The notes below the pieces were generated by a model. That model was not told the DNA's origin and searched no databases. It was given only the letters and a program-made list of their open reading frames with translations. Positions 23,790 to 36,288 of a stretch of DNA of 64,000 bases are shown here, piece by piece. Made by a program: the position numbers and the translations under genes. The stretch comes from Squalus acanthias (lineage: Eukaryota): NCBI GenBank assembly GCA_030390025.1, contig CM059433.1:137144001-137208000 (forward strand). The letters run 5' to 3'. Each line of letters starts with the position of its first letter. The stretch's first letter is position 1.

Positions 23790-24886
23790 CTACATGGAAA
23801 CCAGTAATAAAGCAACAATAGATAAAATCTGGTTAAGATATGATTTGTACCTGTGCTAACCTCTATCAATATTAATTAAACACCAGATCTAATGGAAATT
23901 ATTTATTAAGTAAGCAATTGACAATACTAGACAACTGGATCGTAGGAACATAAGGGTTGCTAGACAAAAAAAAAACAAGGTCCATCTAGCTGCCTTTCCA
24001 CCATCCTGGTAGTCACATGGTACAACAATAATGGAGTTGTTGACTAAACAGGGCAATCAATTTCTATCAATTAGCCTACAACGGTGACTAGAGGGTTAAC
24101 ATTCATCTTTTACTAATATCAGTGGACTACTTGTTGTATTACTTGTATTGAGCCATCAGGTAGATATAAACTATTTCCTCTGGTGGGGAAATCCAGAACA
24201 AGTTGTCACAATCTTAAAATCAGAGCTAGGCCATTTAGTAGTGCAATCAGGAAGGATTTTTTCACACAGAAGGATATCTAAAAATGCTCTCCCCCAAAAA
24301 GTTGTGCATGCTGTTTGAAATGTTTAAGACTGAGATCAATAGATTTTTGTGAGCTACGGTTATCATAGAATCATAGAATGTGCCCTAATCAAGGGATAAG
24401 GATCCAAGGCTTCTTGTTTGTGGGTCAACTGTAAAAAACTCCAACTCCTTCTCCTCTTTCATTTGCTTTCCCTGCAAATTTATTTGAGGTCGTTGAAATC
24501 CCCCATGATTATGAATCTGCGGGGGCAAAACTGGTCTTCCGCGCTAATGCAAAACGAGCGATAGCAAAACGGCAGCAATTTTGTTTTCCATTCCCTCATT
24601 TTCTTGCTGATGCTCTGTGCATTGCTGTGCAGGCAATTTAATATTCTCTTATAATTTAATTATGTTTGCTTTATTTTTGTCACAAATTTTATTATTACTT
24701 TCTATTACCTTTTCTAATCTCTGAGTATTTATGTTATCTTTATTTCTTTTTGTACTCCGAACTTTGCTTCGTCCCATCTTTCTCTTATCCTGTCCAAAGA
24801 TTGAGTAATTACAGACAGCCTCACTTACATAAACTAAGAGCAAGTCTTGGTGGGCAACCCTGAAGCAGGAGCTTGTATATCTGTGC

Positions 24887-25060
24887 CAGTTGTGACTCAG
24901 TGGATAGCAATCTCGCCTCTGAGTCAGAGGTCATGAGTTCAATCCCCACTCCAGAAAATTTATCCCATAATCGAGGCTGACATTTCCAGTGCAGTACTGA
25001 AGGAATGCTTCACTCTCGAAAGTGCCGTCTTTCAGATGAGACGTTAAACCAAGGCCCTAT
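24887..25060 (+). mobile_element. 5' part of the same SINE family; its apparent continuation is at 38491-38580 and 39561-39755
   Basis: Ends ...aaccaaggccctat; 38491 resumes ctatctgccctctcaggtggatgtaaaagatccc, colinear with the 22761 copy. Confidence 0.7.
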
Positions 25061-28000
25061 AAGAACATAAGAAATAGGAACAGGAGTAGGCCATTAGGCC
25101 CCTCGAGCCTGCTCCGCCATTCAATAAGATCATGGGTGATCGTCGACCTCAACTCCACTTTCCTGAACTATCCCCATATCCCTTGATTCCCTTAATATCC
25201 AAAAATCTATTGATCTCTGTCTTGAATATACTCAACGACTGAGCCTCCACAGCCCTCTGGGGTAGAGAATTCCAAAGATTCACCAGCCTCTGAGTGAAGA
25301 AATTTCTCCTCATCTCAGTCTTAAATGGCCGACCCCTTATTCTGAGACTGTGACCCCCTGGTTTTGGACTACCCAGCCAGGGGAAACATCCTCCCTGCAT
25401 CTACTCTGTCAAGCCTTGTAAGAATTTTGTATGTTTTAATGAGATCACCTCTCATTCTTCTAAACTCTAGAGAATATCGGCCTAGTCTACTCAATCTCTC
25501 CTCATAGGACAATCCCCCCATCCCAGGAATCAGTCTGGTGAACCTTCGTTGCACTTCCTCTTTGGTAAGTATATCCTTCCTTAGGTAAGGAGACCAAAAC
25601 TGTACACAATACTCCAGGTGTGGTCTCAGCAGAGCCCTATATAATTGCAGTAAGATGTCTTTACTCTTATACTCAAATCCTCTTGTAATAAAGGCCAACA
25701 TACCATTTGCTTTCCTAATTGCTTGCTGTACCTGCATGTTAACTTTCAGTGATTCGTGTATCAGGTTCCCAATCTCTCACCATTTAAAAATACCCTGATT
25801 TTCCAACCAAAGTGAATAACTTCACATTTCTCCACATTATATTCCATTTGCCATGTTCTTGCCCACTCACTTAGCCTGTCTATATCCCCATGAAGCCTCT
25901 TTCCATCCTCCTCACAACTTCAATTCCCACCTAGCTTTGGCATCAGCAAACTTGGATATATTACATTTGGTCCCCTCATCCAAATCATTGATATAGATTG
26001 TGAATAGTTGAATAGTTGGGGCCCAAGCACTGATCCTTGCAGTACAGCCTGCCAACCTGAAAATGACCCATTTATTCCTACTCTCTGTTTTCTGTCCGTT
26101 AACCAATCCTCAATCCATGCTAGTATATTACCCCCAATCCCATGAGCCCTAATTTTGTTTAATAACCTCTTGTGTGGCACCTTATCGAATGCCTTCTGAA
26201 AATCCAAATACACCACATCCACTGGTTCCCCCTTATTAATTCTGCTCATTACAACCTCAAAAAACTCTAACAGATTTGTCAAACATGATTTCCCTTTCAT
26301 AAATCCGTGTTGATTCTACCCAATCCTATTATTATTTTCTAAGTTCCCTGTTGCCACATTCTTAATAATAGATCCTAACATTTTCCCTACTACTGATGTC
26401 TGGCTAACTGGTCTGTAGTTCCCCGTTTTCTCTCTTCCGCCTTTCTTAAATAGTGGGGTTACATTTGCTACCTTCCAATCCGCAGGAACCGTCCTAGTAT
26501 CTAGGGAATTTTGGAAGATGGCAACCAATGCATCCACTATCTCGATAGCCATCTCTTTCAAAACCCTGGGATGTAGGCCATCAGGTCCAAGGAATTTATC
26601 GGCTTTCAGTCCTATTAATTTTGCCAGTACTATTTTTTTACTCATACTAATTTCTTTCAGTTCCTCATTCTCACTAGACCTTTGGTTCTCCGCTATTTCT
26701 GGGAAGTTTTTTGCGTCTTCTTCCGTGAAGACAGACACAAAGGGCTGGATTTTGCCAGCCCTGGGGAGGCGGGTTTGGAGGCGGGACTGCCGGGAAAATG
26801 GCAGAATCTGGGCGCGGGTACCCATCCCGCCCCCAACCCGCCTCTGTGCCATCTTCCCAGGAGGCGAGTAGTTGACCCGCGCCAGGTCCCATCTCCTGGA
26901 GGCAGGAAGGGGATTACAGCCACTTACACCCGCTAGGGTCACCGAGGCGAGCAGTGGGTCTGCGAGGGTCGGAAGGGTGCAAAAGTGCGTTGTGGAGGTA
27001 AGTGATGGGTGCAAGTGTGGAGAGGTAAGTATGTGAGGTGAGTGAAAAGTGATAGAAAATGTTTACTTACCTTTGTTTCTTCCTGCAGGCTTCAACAGTT
27101 GGGGAACTGGAGACTCCCGCATCTCACAGGCAGAGATGACTGGTGGCTGCTGCACTCTCTGATGCAATAGCCATCTGATTTCTGCTCACAAAAGAGGTTT
27201 GATGAGTCTTGAATACAAGGACCCACTGAACAACAGAGAATGTCAGTGTTTGACAGCTTCACAGAGCTGTCAAACGATGACAATTCATCTGTCAAAAGTT
27301 TTTGACAGATGAAACGTCATACGCTGACGTTCTCTGTAACCAGCTTCCCCTTAATTGGCCTGCTAAGCCCGCTGGGCGGGCTTAACAAGGTCAATCAAGG
27401 GAAAATATCGTGGGTTGGCCACAAGTCGATGAAGGTGGGACTGAAACCCGACAAACAGCAGTCCCGCCTCCAATGCGCCCCCATTGGCAAAATCACCCCC
27501 AAAGTATTTGTTTAATTTGTCTGCCATTTCCTTATTCCTCATTATAATTTTTCCTGTCTCAGCCTGTAAGGGATCCGCATTTACTTTCACTAATCTTTAC
27601 TTTTTACATACCTATAGAAGCTTTTACAGTCTGTTTTTACGTCTCTCTAGTTTACTCTCATATTCTATTTTCCCTTTCTTTATTAATTTCTTGGTCCTCC
27701 TTTACTGAATTCTAAAATCCTCCCAATCTTCTGGCTTACCAATCTTTTTGGCAACATTATAAGCCTCTTCCTTTGATCTAATACTATTTTTAACTTCTCT
27801 TGTTAGCCATGGTTGGACCACTTTTCCTGTGGGGTTTTCGTGCCTTAAAGAAATGTATATTTGTTGTAAATTATGTATTAATTCTTTTGCCCTCTGACAG
27901 GGCTAGACAGACTGGATGCAGGGAGGATGTTTCCCCTGGCTGGGGGGTTTAGATGAGGGGCCACGGTCTCAGGATACGGGGTAGGACATTTAGGACTGAG

Positions 28001-28428
28001 ATGAGGAGAAATTTCTTCACTCAGTGGGTGGTGAACCTGTGGAATTCTCTACCACAGAAGGCTGTGGAGGCCAAGTCACTGAATATATTTAAGAAGGAGA
28101 TAGATAGATTTCTAGACACAAAAGGCATACAAAAGGGTACGGGGAGAGCGCGGGAATATGGTATTGAGATAGAGGATCAGCCATGATCATATTGAATGGC
28201 GGAGCAGGCTCGAAGCTCCTATTTGTTTCTATGTTTCTATGTTTCTTAAATGCTAGCCATTGCTTGTCTGCCATCATACCTTTTAATGTAGTTTCCCAAT
28301 CTATGTTCACCAATTCGCTCCTCGTACCTACATAGTTTGCTTTCTTTAGATTTAAGACCCTAGTTTCGGATTTAACTAAATCACTTTCAAACTCAATATA
28401 AAATTCTGTCATATTATGGTCACTTTTC
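25061..28428 (-). mobile_element. CR1 LINE ORF2 pseudogene with (aagaacat)n tail; insertions at 26742-27500 and ~27893-28245 (+ strand CR1 3' end)
   Basis: RT and C-terminal CR1 motifs in ORFs 25149-27014; SDHNM endonuclease end near 28420. Confidence 0.88.
26742..27500. mobile_element. Harbinger-family MITE
   Basis: GGGCTGGATTTTGCCA...TGGCAAAATCACCCCC; TSD AAA; removing it restores CR1 acacaaagtatttg. Confidence 0.85.
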
Positions 28429-28876
28429 ATAAGAAACATAAGAACCATAAGAAACAGGAGCAGGAGTAGGCCAATTGGCCCCTCGAGCCTGCTCCGCCAT
28501 TCAACAAGATCATGGCTGATCCAATCTTGTCCTCAACACCACTTTCCCCCTCTCTCCCCATACCCCTTGACTCCCTTGTAGTTCAAATGTCTGTCAATCT
28601 CCGCCTTGAATATATTCAGTGACTCCGCCTCCACAGATCTCCGGGGTAGAGAATTCCAAAGATTCACGACCCTCTGTGAGAAGAAATTCCTTCTCATCTC
28701 CGTGTTAAATGGGCAACCTCTTATTCTGAAACTGTGCCCCCTAGTTCTAGATTCCCCCACTAGGGGAAGCATCCTCTCAGCATACACCCTGTCAATCCCC
28801 CTCAAAATCTTAAATAACAACAGAAAACGCTGGAAAAACTCAGCAGGCCAGGCAGCATCCGTGGAGAGAGAAACAG

Positions 28877-28912
28877 AGTTAACGTTTCAGGTCGAAACCC
28901 TTCGTCAGAACT
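28877..28912 (-). ncRNA. Minimal type I hammerhead ribozyme motif
   Basis: agtt CTGACGA a gggt ttcg acct GAAA cgtt aact: core boxes, stem I agtt/aact, stem II with UUCG loop, palindromic AACGTT stem III. Confidence 0.8.
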
Positions 28913-29036
28913 GGAAAAAATCAGGAAATGAAATAGATTTTAAAGCAAGTTTAGGGCTGGGAAAAGGGGGAGGGGATGAAAGAACAAAAGCGAAGGTCAG
29001 TGATAGGATAGAAAGCAGGAGAGATTAAGAGACATC

Positions 29037-32000
29037 GGGCTGGATTTTCACAGGGCCGTTGAGGCGGGATTGGAGGCATGTGGGGGGTTAAAATTGGAAA
29101 TATGGTGGGTGGGCCCGATCCCGCACCCATCCCACCTCCGCCGAATTTTCCCAGGTGCGTGTTTTCAGATCCAGTTCCCGACCTGCCTCCAAGAGGCGGG
29201 ATAGGCCCTTAAGGCCATTGACAAGCTCCTAATTGGCTCCATAATGCCATTTTCAGAGGCCTTTCAGATTTTTACTGGTTTTCCACGTGATGCACGCCTC
29301 CTCTGAAACACGACGGTGAAACCTGGCGGGTACACATTTGGTTTGCTGGCTTTCAGCTGCAGCTCCACCAATAAAGAGTAGTTTGGTGCAATCATCATTT
29401 GCAGGTGGCAGAACTTAGTTGTTTCAGGTCTGGGGAAACTTTAGCAGGCCTACTCATTGTTGTGGAAGTTTGGAGCCTGACACCCATCTCCAGTGTGAGC
29501 TCCTGGAAAACCCCTCACCCCACCCTGACTCAGCGCTTCCTCAACTGAGGCATCTACCAGAAGAATGGGAACCAATCGGTTCCTTTCCCCCTGGACATCA
29601 GATGAGGACGAGGAGGTGGAGGAGAGAGAAAACAAACATCTGGCAGAGGCGCATCAACCAGCGGCGGCAATACACGAGATCATTGCTGGCCGGGACACAA
29701 GGAATGCACTCATCTTGGCCGCATTTACCTAGCCTAGCCAAGCAACCACTTGTGCCTCGCAGTTTCTTGCCACAGCATCGTTAATGGCCAGGACCCATCG
29801 TCTTCCTAGCATTCTGACCATCATTCTGACAACTGCTACTCCTCCTAAGCCCGCAATGTGGAAGTCCCAATAGCGAGATGACACAGGCCACAACTGCAGC
29901 AGTAGCCATCAGATTTTTTATTTACAGGAAGCTACTGATGGCTTATCACAATTAAACATAACATTTCACCCAAGTGACAAACCTTGTGACTATTTGTGCA
30001 GTTTCTTTCTCTCACGCATGCTTCTACGTGGTGGTTCCCCCTTGGCATCAGCAGATGTGGAGGCCCCTTGCTCACTCTGTTGCTGCTCCTGTCTCGACAC
30101 CTTGGGCGGGCGTCCTCTGGGGTGCCGAGTCTGTAAGGGCTCGCCAACAGTCTGCTGCTGTTCCTGCGGCTGTGCAGGGGTTGAGACGCCGATCTCAGTT
30201 GGGTGTGGACTCTGGTGGGGCTCTGACCGAGGACTTGTCAGTGGCATGGAAGTGTGAGTGCTTGGAGAGGAACCCCCACTTCCTTGTTCTCTGCCACCAT
30301 CATCCCTCTCATGGGTCAGGCCCACCTCAGCGCTTGCAAGTGGCTTGAGAGCACCTTGCTGCACATCAGGGAGGCCATGGGGACCTGTATCTGCACTGGC
30401 AGTCCTACTCAGAAGGACTTCCATGAAGGTCTGGTTTCTCTATTCAATAGATGTCCATCGTTCCTCCAGAGATGTCATTCTATTCAGAACACTCACCATG
30501 TTTTCTGCACTCTGGCGACTTATCACCTCCATGGAGGTTGCCATCCTTTCCATGGTGATGCGTTCATGCGCCAATGACTCCACAAAGGCTCTGCTCATGT
30601 TCGCAATGGACTCCTCCATTCGCTCCACACTCGCAGCGACCCTGGAGACAAAACCTGCCAGAGACTCCTGCATCTGTTCCTGGAGTTCCAGCACCGCTGA
30701 TCTTGTGGATGGACCCAGAGGCATAGGGTCGACATGCAGCTGAGCTGAGCTGGGAGAGTCCTGCGCCCTCCGACGAGGACTCTCCACTGCTTTCCCTGTC
30801 TCCACCATCTGCTGAGGCTCACTTGTGAGCTGTGATATACCAGGTGACAACACTACTCTATCTCGCGAGGGTCCCATCGAGGTGTGAGTCTCTGGGCTGG
30901 TGCTGGCCTGGCTGAATTGTGCTGACGCTGCACCCTCAGAGGTTTCAGCTTCCTCTGAGGAGTCTTGAGCCTCAGGCTGTTCCTCCTGGATGGTGGGGAC
31001 GGGTGCTTGCGATGGTCCTGTGGGGGAGTAAAGGAAAAAGTCAGAAATGTGAGGCCAAGGTGACATGCACAGTGCATATTGCAGATGATCATAAGTCCAA
31101 CTGTTAGAGCTTCAGAATCATTATCAGCGACTCATGCAATGTCAATGAGAGAGATGAACAACTATTCTGTCACCGGTTTGCTCTGCTGCGCCCGTCTGCC
31201 CGTCCCCCACTTGCACATCATCATCGAGTCCCACGATCTCCAGGGCCGCCTCCTCCCTGGGGGTGAGCTGGGCTACTGAGGGTGGCCCTCCTCCTGTCCT
31301 CGCTCTTTCGCGCTTATTGTGAGCTCTCTTTTCCTGCAATGAGGGAGACAAGTGGAGTTTGAGTGAGAATGAAGGAGAGAGTTTATAGAATCCATCTCAT
31401 AGATGCTTAGAAGGAGGCAAAGATGGAGTGAGGTGGCAAGACTAAGGGCCCATCCTGTGTGTTGTAAGTTGTTTGCATAGCATGACAGTGATAGGGAGTG
31501 TGAGGGCTGCATAGTGGAATAGTTAGGTGAATATGACCATAGAGAGAGAGGGAATGGGTAAGGGTGCAGGGATGTCAGTGTCAAGTGGGATGTGGAGGAA
31601 GAGGTTGCTAAAGCTGAGTGCTGGTGAGGAGAGGCAAAGGGCATCAGATTGAGGGTGATGGGAAAGTCATACTCACTTTTCCAGTGCGCACAAGGTCATG
31701 AAATCTTTTGCGGCATTGAATCCAAGATCTGTTGATCAAGGATAGAGAAGTCACCTCCTGGGCCACCTGGAGCCACACCGCCTTTGTTTGCTGAGGAGGC
31801 TTCTTTCTCCCTGAAGAAGGGAAGAGCACCTCCTTATGATCTCTTGCTCCATCTATCAGGGCTTGCAGGGCGGCGTCCTCGAATCTTGGAGCAGACTTGG
31901 GTTTGCTGGTACACATGATGCCTCCAGGTCAATGTAGGAACAAAGGCCAGAAGGTTGGCAGTCTGCAAAGGAAGCAAGGCCTCTTGCAGACCTTAAAAGC

Positions 32001-32196
32001 AGCAGCAATGATGATGTCATCAGAGGCGACTTTCAGACTGGAAAAGCTAATTGGGCCAGGGGTTCCCACACACTGAAACTCAATTGCCCAATCAGGGGAA
32101 AATTGCGTTTGTTACACACATCTCATGAGAGTCGTGTGGATAACACGGAATTCGGATAACACGACCCCAACCCGCCCCAGTATCAAAATCCAGCCC
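29037..32196 (-). mobile_element. Harbinger element with Myb/SANT gene and no transposase core
   Basis: TIR GGGCTGGATTTT / AAAATCCAGCCC; flanks ATC and ATT (3-bp TSD with one mismatch at a CpG). Confidence 0.88.
29990..31916 (-). pseudogene. Three-exon Harbinger Myb/SANT-like gene (31916-31677, 31333-31174, 31017-29990), ~475 codons, one premature TAG at 30440-30442
   Basis: APRF...W..VA.EV...RSW.QCRKRFHDL; RERARTGGGP; GT-AG introns in compatible phases; coiled coil; AT-hook PRGRPPK; AATAAA at 29917-29922(-). Confidence 0.85.
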
Positions 32197-33040
32197 ATTG
32201 AGAGACATTAAGAGATATTCAAGGCAAGAGGAGGTGGAAATGGGCCAGGTTGAGGAACAAAGGATGGCTCAGATGAAGTGTGAATTGCACTGGCAGAATG
32301 AAAGACAGCTGCCATGTGGGAGGGAAGAAAAAAAGGCCAAACAAAAGTGTGGATAAAAAAATATATAAAATAAAAATATATATATATGTGATCAGGGCCG
32401 GGGTTATGATCTGAAATTGTTGAGTACAGAGGGCTGTAGAGTGCCTAATCGATAGATGAGGTGCTGTTCCTCGAGCTTACACTGAGCTTCCGTGGAACAA
32501 TGCAAGAGGCCGAGAACGGTGAGGTCAGAGTGGGAGTGAAGCGGTGAATCTTACATGTTTCAATAAGATCACCTCTCATTCTTCTAAACTCCAATGAGTA
32601 TAGGCCCAACCTGCTCAACCTTTCGTCATATGTCAACCCCTTCATCCCAGGAATCAACCTAGTGAACCTTCTCTGTACTGCCTCCAATGCAAGTATATCG
32701 TTCCTTAAATATGGAGACCACAACTGTAAGCAGTATTCCAGGTGCGGTCTCACCAGCGCCCTGTAAAGTTGCATCAAAACTTCCCTACTTTTATACTCCA
32801 TACCCCTTGCAATAAAGGCCAACATTCCATTAGCCTTCCTAATTACTTACTGTACCTTTTTGTGTTTCATGTACTAGGACCCACAGATCCCTTTGTATCG
32901 CAGCATTTTGTAGTCTCACTCCATTTAAATAATAATTTTCATTCTTCCTTCCAAAGTGGATAACCTCACATTTTCCCACAATGTACTCCATCTGACAAAT
33001 TTTTGCCCACTCACTTAACCTATCCCTTTGCAGACTCTTT

Positions 33041-36000
33041 GGGCTCGATTTTGTCACTGGGGCGGGCTGGGGGCGTGTCATCCGCTTTTCGTGTTAGCCA
33101 CCCGACTTCAATTTGATGTGGGAAAAATATGCGATTTTCCCCTAATTGGGCAATTGATTTCCAGCGTGTGGGAACCCCTGGCCCAATTAGTCTTTCCATT
33201 CTGAAACTCGCCTCCGATGACGTCATCAATGCTGCTGGATTTAAGGCCTGCAAGCAGCCTTGCTTCTTCTGCAGACTGCAAACCTTTTGGCCTTTGCTCT
33301 GATAGTTTCTTCCAGGCAAAATGTCCAGCAGTCGACCTAAGTCTACACCGAGGTTTGATGATGTCGCCCTGCAAGCTCTGGTGGAGGGAGCAAGAGGGAA
33401 TAAGGAGGTGCTCTTCCCTTCTTCAGGGAGGAAGAAGCCTCCCCAGCAGACGAAGGCTGTGTGGATGCAAGTGGTCCAGGAGGTCAACTCCTTATCTATG
33501 TGCCGCAGAACCTGGCTGCAGTGCAGGAAGAGGTTTCATGACCTTCTGCGCACTGGAAAAGTAAGTATGACTTTCCCGTCACCCTCAATCTGATCCCCAT
33601 CGCCTCTCCTCACCAGCACTCAGCTTTGACAACCTCTTCCTCCACATCCCACTTGACACTGACATCCCTGAACCATTCCCTCTCTCTGTATGTTCACATT
33701 CACTTAACTATTCGACTATGCAGCCCTCACACTCCCTATCGCTGTGATGCTATGAAAACAACTTATAACACACAGGGAGGACCCTTGGTCTTGCCACCTC
33801 ATTGAATCTTTGTCTCCTTCTAGGCATCTATGCTATGGATTCTCTACACTCACTCCTTCATTCTCACTCAAACTCCACTTGTCTCCCTCATTGCAGGAAA
33901 AGAGAGCTCACAATAAGAGGGAAAGAGCGAGGACAGGAGGAGGGCCACCCTCAGTAGCCCAGCTCACCCCCAGGGAGAAGGCGGCCCTGGAGATCGTGGG
34001 AGTGGAGGACGATGCGCAAGTGGGGGACGGACAGACGGGTGCATCAGAGCAAGCTGGTGACAGAATAGTTTTTCATCTCTCTCATTGACATTGCATGAGT
34101 CACTGATAATGATTCTGATGCTCTAACAGATTGACTTATGATCATCTGCAATATTCAATGTGCATGTCACCTTGGCCTCACATCTCTGACTCTTTCCTTT
34201 ACTCCCCCACAGGACCATCGAAAGCCCCCATCCCCACTATCCAGGAGGAACAGCCTGAGCCTCAGAGGAAGCTGCAACCTCTGAAGGCGCAGCGTCAGCA
34301 GAATTCAGCCCCCCCAGCACCAGCGCAGACATTCACACCTTGGTGGTACCTTCGCGAGATAGTGTAGTGTTGTCATCTGATGTATCACAGCTCACAAGTG
34401 AGCTTCAGCAGATGGTGGAGGCAGGGACAGCAGTGGAGAGTCCTAGTCGGAGGGCACAGGACTCTGCCAGCTCGGCTCAGCTGAATGTCGACCCTCTGCC
34501 TCCGGGTCCATCCAGAAGAAGAGCGGCGCTGGAACTCCAGGAAGAGGTGCAGGAGTCTCTGGCAGGTTTTGTCTCCAGGTCGCTGCGAGTGTGGAGCGAA
34601 TGGAGGAGTCCATCGCTAACATGAGCAGAGCCTTTGTGGAGGCGTTGGCGCATGAACGCATCCCCACGGAAAGGATGGCTACCCCCATGGTAAGGCTGGC
34701 TACCGAAGAGGAGAGGATGGCTACAGTAGAGGAGAGGATGGCTACGTCCATCGAGGAGCTTAGTCGCCAGGGTATGGAAAACATGGTCATTGTTCAGAAT
34801 AGACTGACATCTGTTGAGGAGCGATGGTTAGCTATTGAGCAAACAAACCAGACCTTCAGGCAAGTCCTCGGGAATAGGACTTCCAGTACAGAAACGGGTC
34901 CTCATGGCCCCCCTGAAGTGCAGCAAAGTGCTGTCAAGCCACTTGCTAGCTCTGAAGTAGGGCTGACCCATGAGAGGGATGTTGGTGGCAGAGAACAAGG
35001 AAGTGGGGGCTCCTCTCCAAGCGCTCACACGACCATGCCACTGCAAAGTCCTCGGTCAGAGCCCCACCAGAGTCCCCACCCAACTGAGATCGGCGTCTCA
35101 ACCCCTGCACAGCCGCAGGAGCAGCAGACTGTTGCTGAGCCTTCACAGGCTCGCAACCCCAGAGGACGCCCGCCAAAGGTGTTGAGACAGGAGCAGCAAG
35201 AAAGTGAGCAAGGGGCCTCCACATCTGCTGAAGCCACAGGGGAAGCACCACGTAGGAGCACGCGTAAGAGGAAGTTAATGCACAAGTAGTCACAAGGGTA
35301 GTCACTTGGGTGAAATGTCATGTTTAATGTTGAAAAGCCATCAGTTGGTTATTGTAAATAAAAAATTCTGATGGCAACTGTTGCAGTTGTGGCGTCTGTC
35401 ACATCGCTAATGGGACTTCCACACTGAGGGCTTAGGATGACTTGCAATTGTCAGTATGGTGGTCAGAGTGATAGGAATCCGCAGGTTCTTGGCCATTGTC
35501 GGTGGTCTGATAAGAAGGTGCGAGGCAAAAGTGTTTGATTGTGCAGGCTAAGCAAATCTGGCCAAGAGGAGTGTGTCCCTTGCATCCCGGGCAGCAATGT
35601 GGTCGCGCGCTGGCGCCTTCTGGCCTGTGCAGCTTCAGGTGGGTGAGCAGCAGCTTGGTGCTCCTGTTGTTGCTGCTGCTGTTGGTGTTGCTGTTGTTCA
35701 TGGATCTGTTACTGCCACGGCTGGTCTTCGTCCGAATCTGATGTCCAGGAGGAAAGGAAATAAGTGGTTCCCATGCTTCTGGTATATGCCTCATTCAAGG
35801 TGGCGAGAGGGGTTTCCCAGGAGGTCACACTGGAGATGGGTGTCAGGCTCCAAACTTCCACAACAATGGGTATGCCTGCTAAAAGTTCCCCCAGACCTGA
35901 GACAACAAAGTTCTGCCACCTGCAAATGAAGATTGCTGAAAACTCCTTTTTAATGTTGGAGCTGCAGCTGTTAGTAAGCATTCCACTTGTGCTGTCGCCA

Positions 36001-36288
36001 GGTTTCACTGGCGTGTTTCAGAGGAGGCGTGAACCACGTGGGAAGAGTGTTAAAATCAGAAAGGCCTCTCAAAATGGGATTATAGAGGCACTTAACTGGT
36101 TGTTAAGGGCTTTAAGGGCCTATCCCGCCTCTTGGAGTCGGGATGGAGACGGGGTCAGAAAACTCGCATTTGGAAAAATTGCTCGGAGGTGGGATGGAGG
36201 CGGGATTGGGCCCGCCCGCCATTTTTCGCGATTTTAACACCTCACACGCCTCCAATCCCACCTCCTCGGGCCTGGCAAAATCGAGCCC
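33041..36288 (+). mobile_element. Second Myb/SANT-only Harbinger element, inverted relative to 29037-32196
   Basis: Perfect TIR GGGCTCGATTTTG / CAAAATCGAGCCC; TSD TTT. Confidence 0.92.
33321..35289 (+). pseudogene. Three-exon Myb/SANT-like gene (33321-33560, 33897-34056, 34213-35289) with frameshifts near 34260 and 34578
   Basis: Same sizes for exons 1 and 2 (240, 160 nt) as the minus-strand copy; 10-nt and 1-nt deletions relative to that copy. Confidence 0.85.

Larger units (their letters stand above)
28813..32546 (-). mobile_element. 5'-truncated Penelope-like element (GIY-YIG C-terminus plus 3' UTR), split by a Harbinger element
   Basis: 32546 down to ~32405 encodes HSHSDLTVLGLLHCSTEAQCKLEEQHLIYRLGTLQPS; TSD aatctta (28806-28812 / 32547-32553); hammerhead motif near the 3' end. 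Confidence 0.8.
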
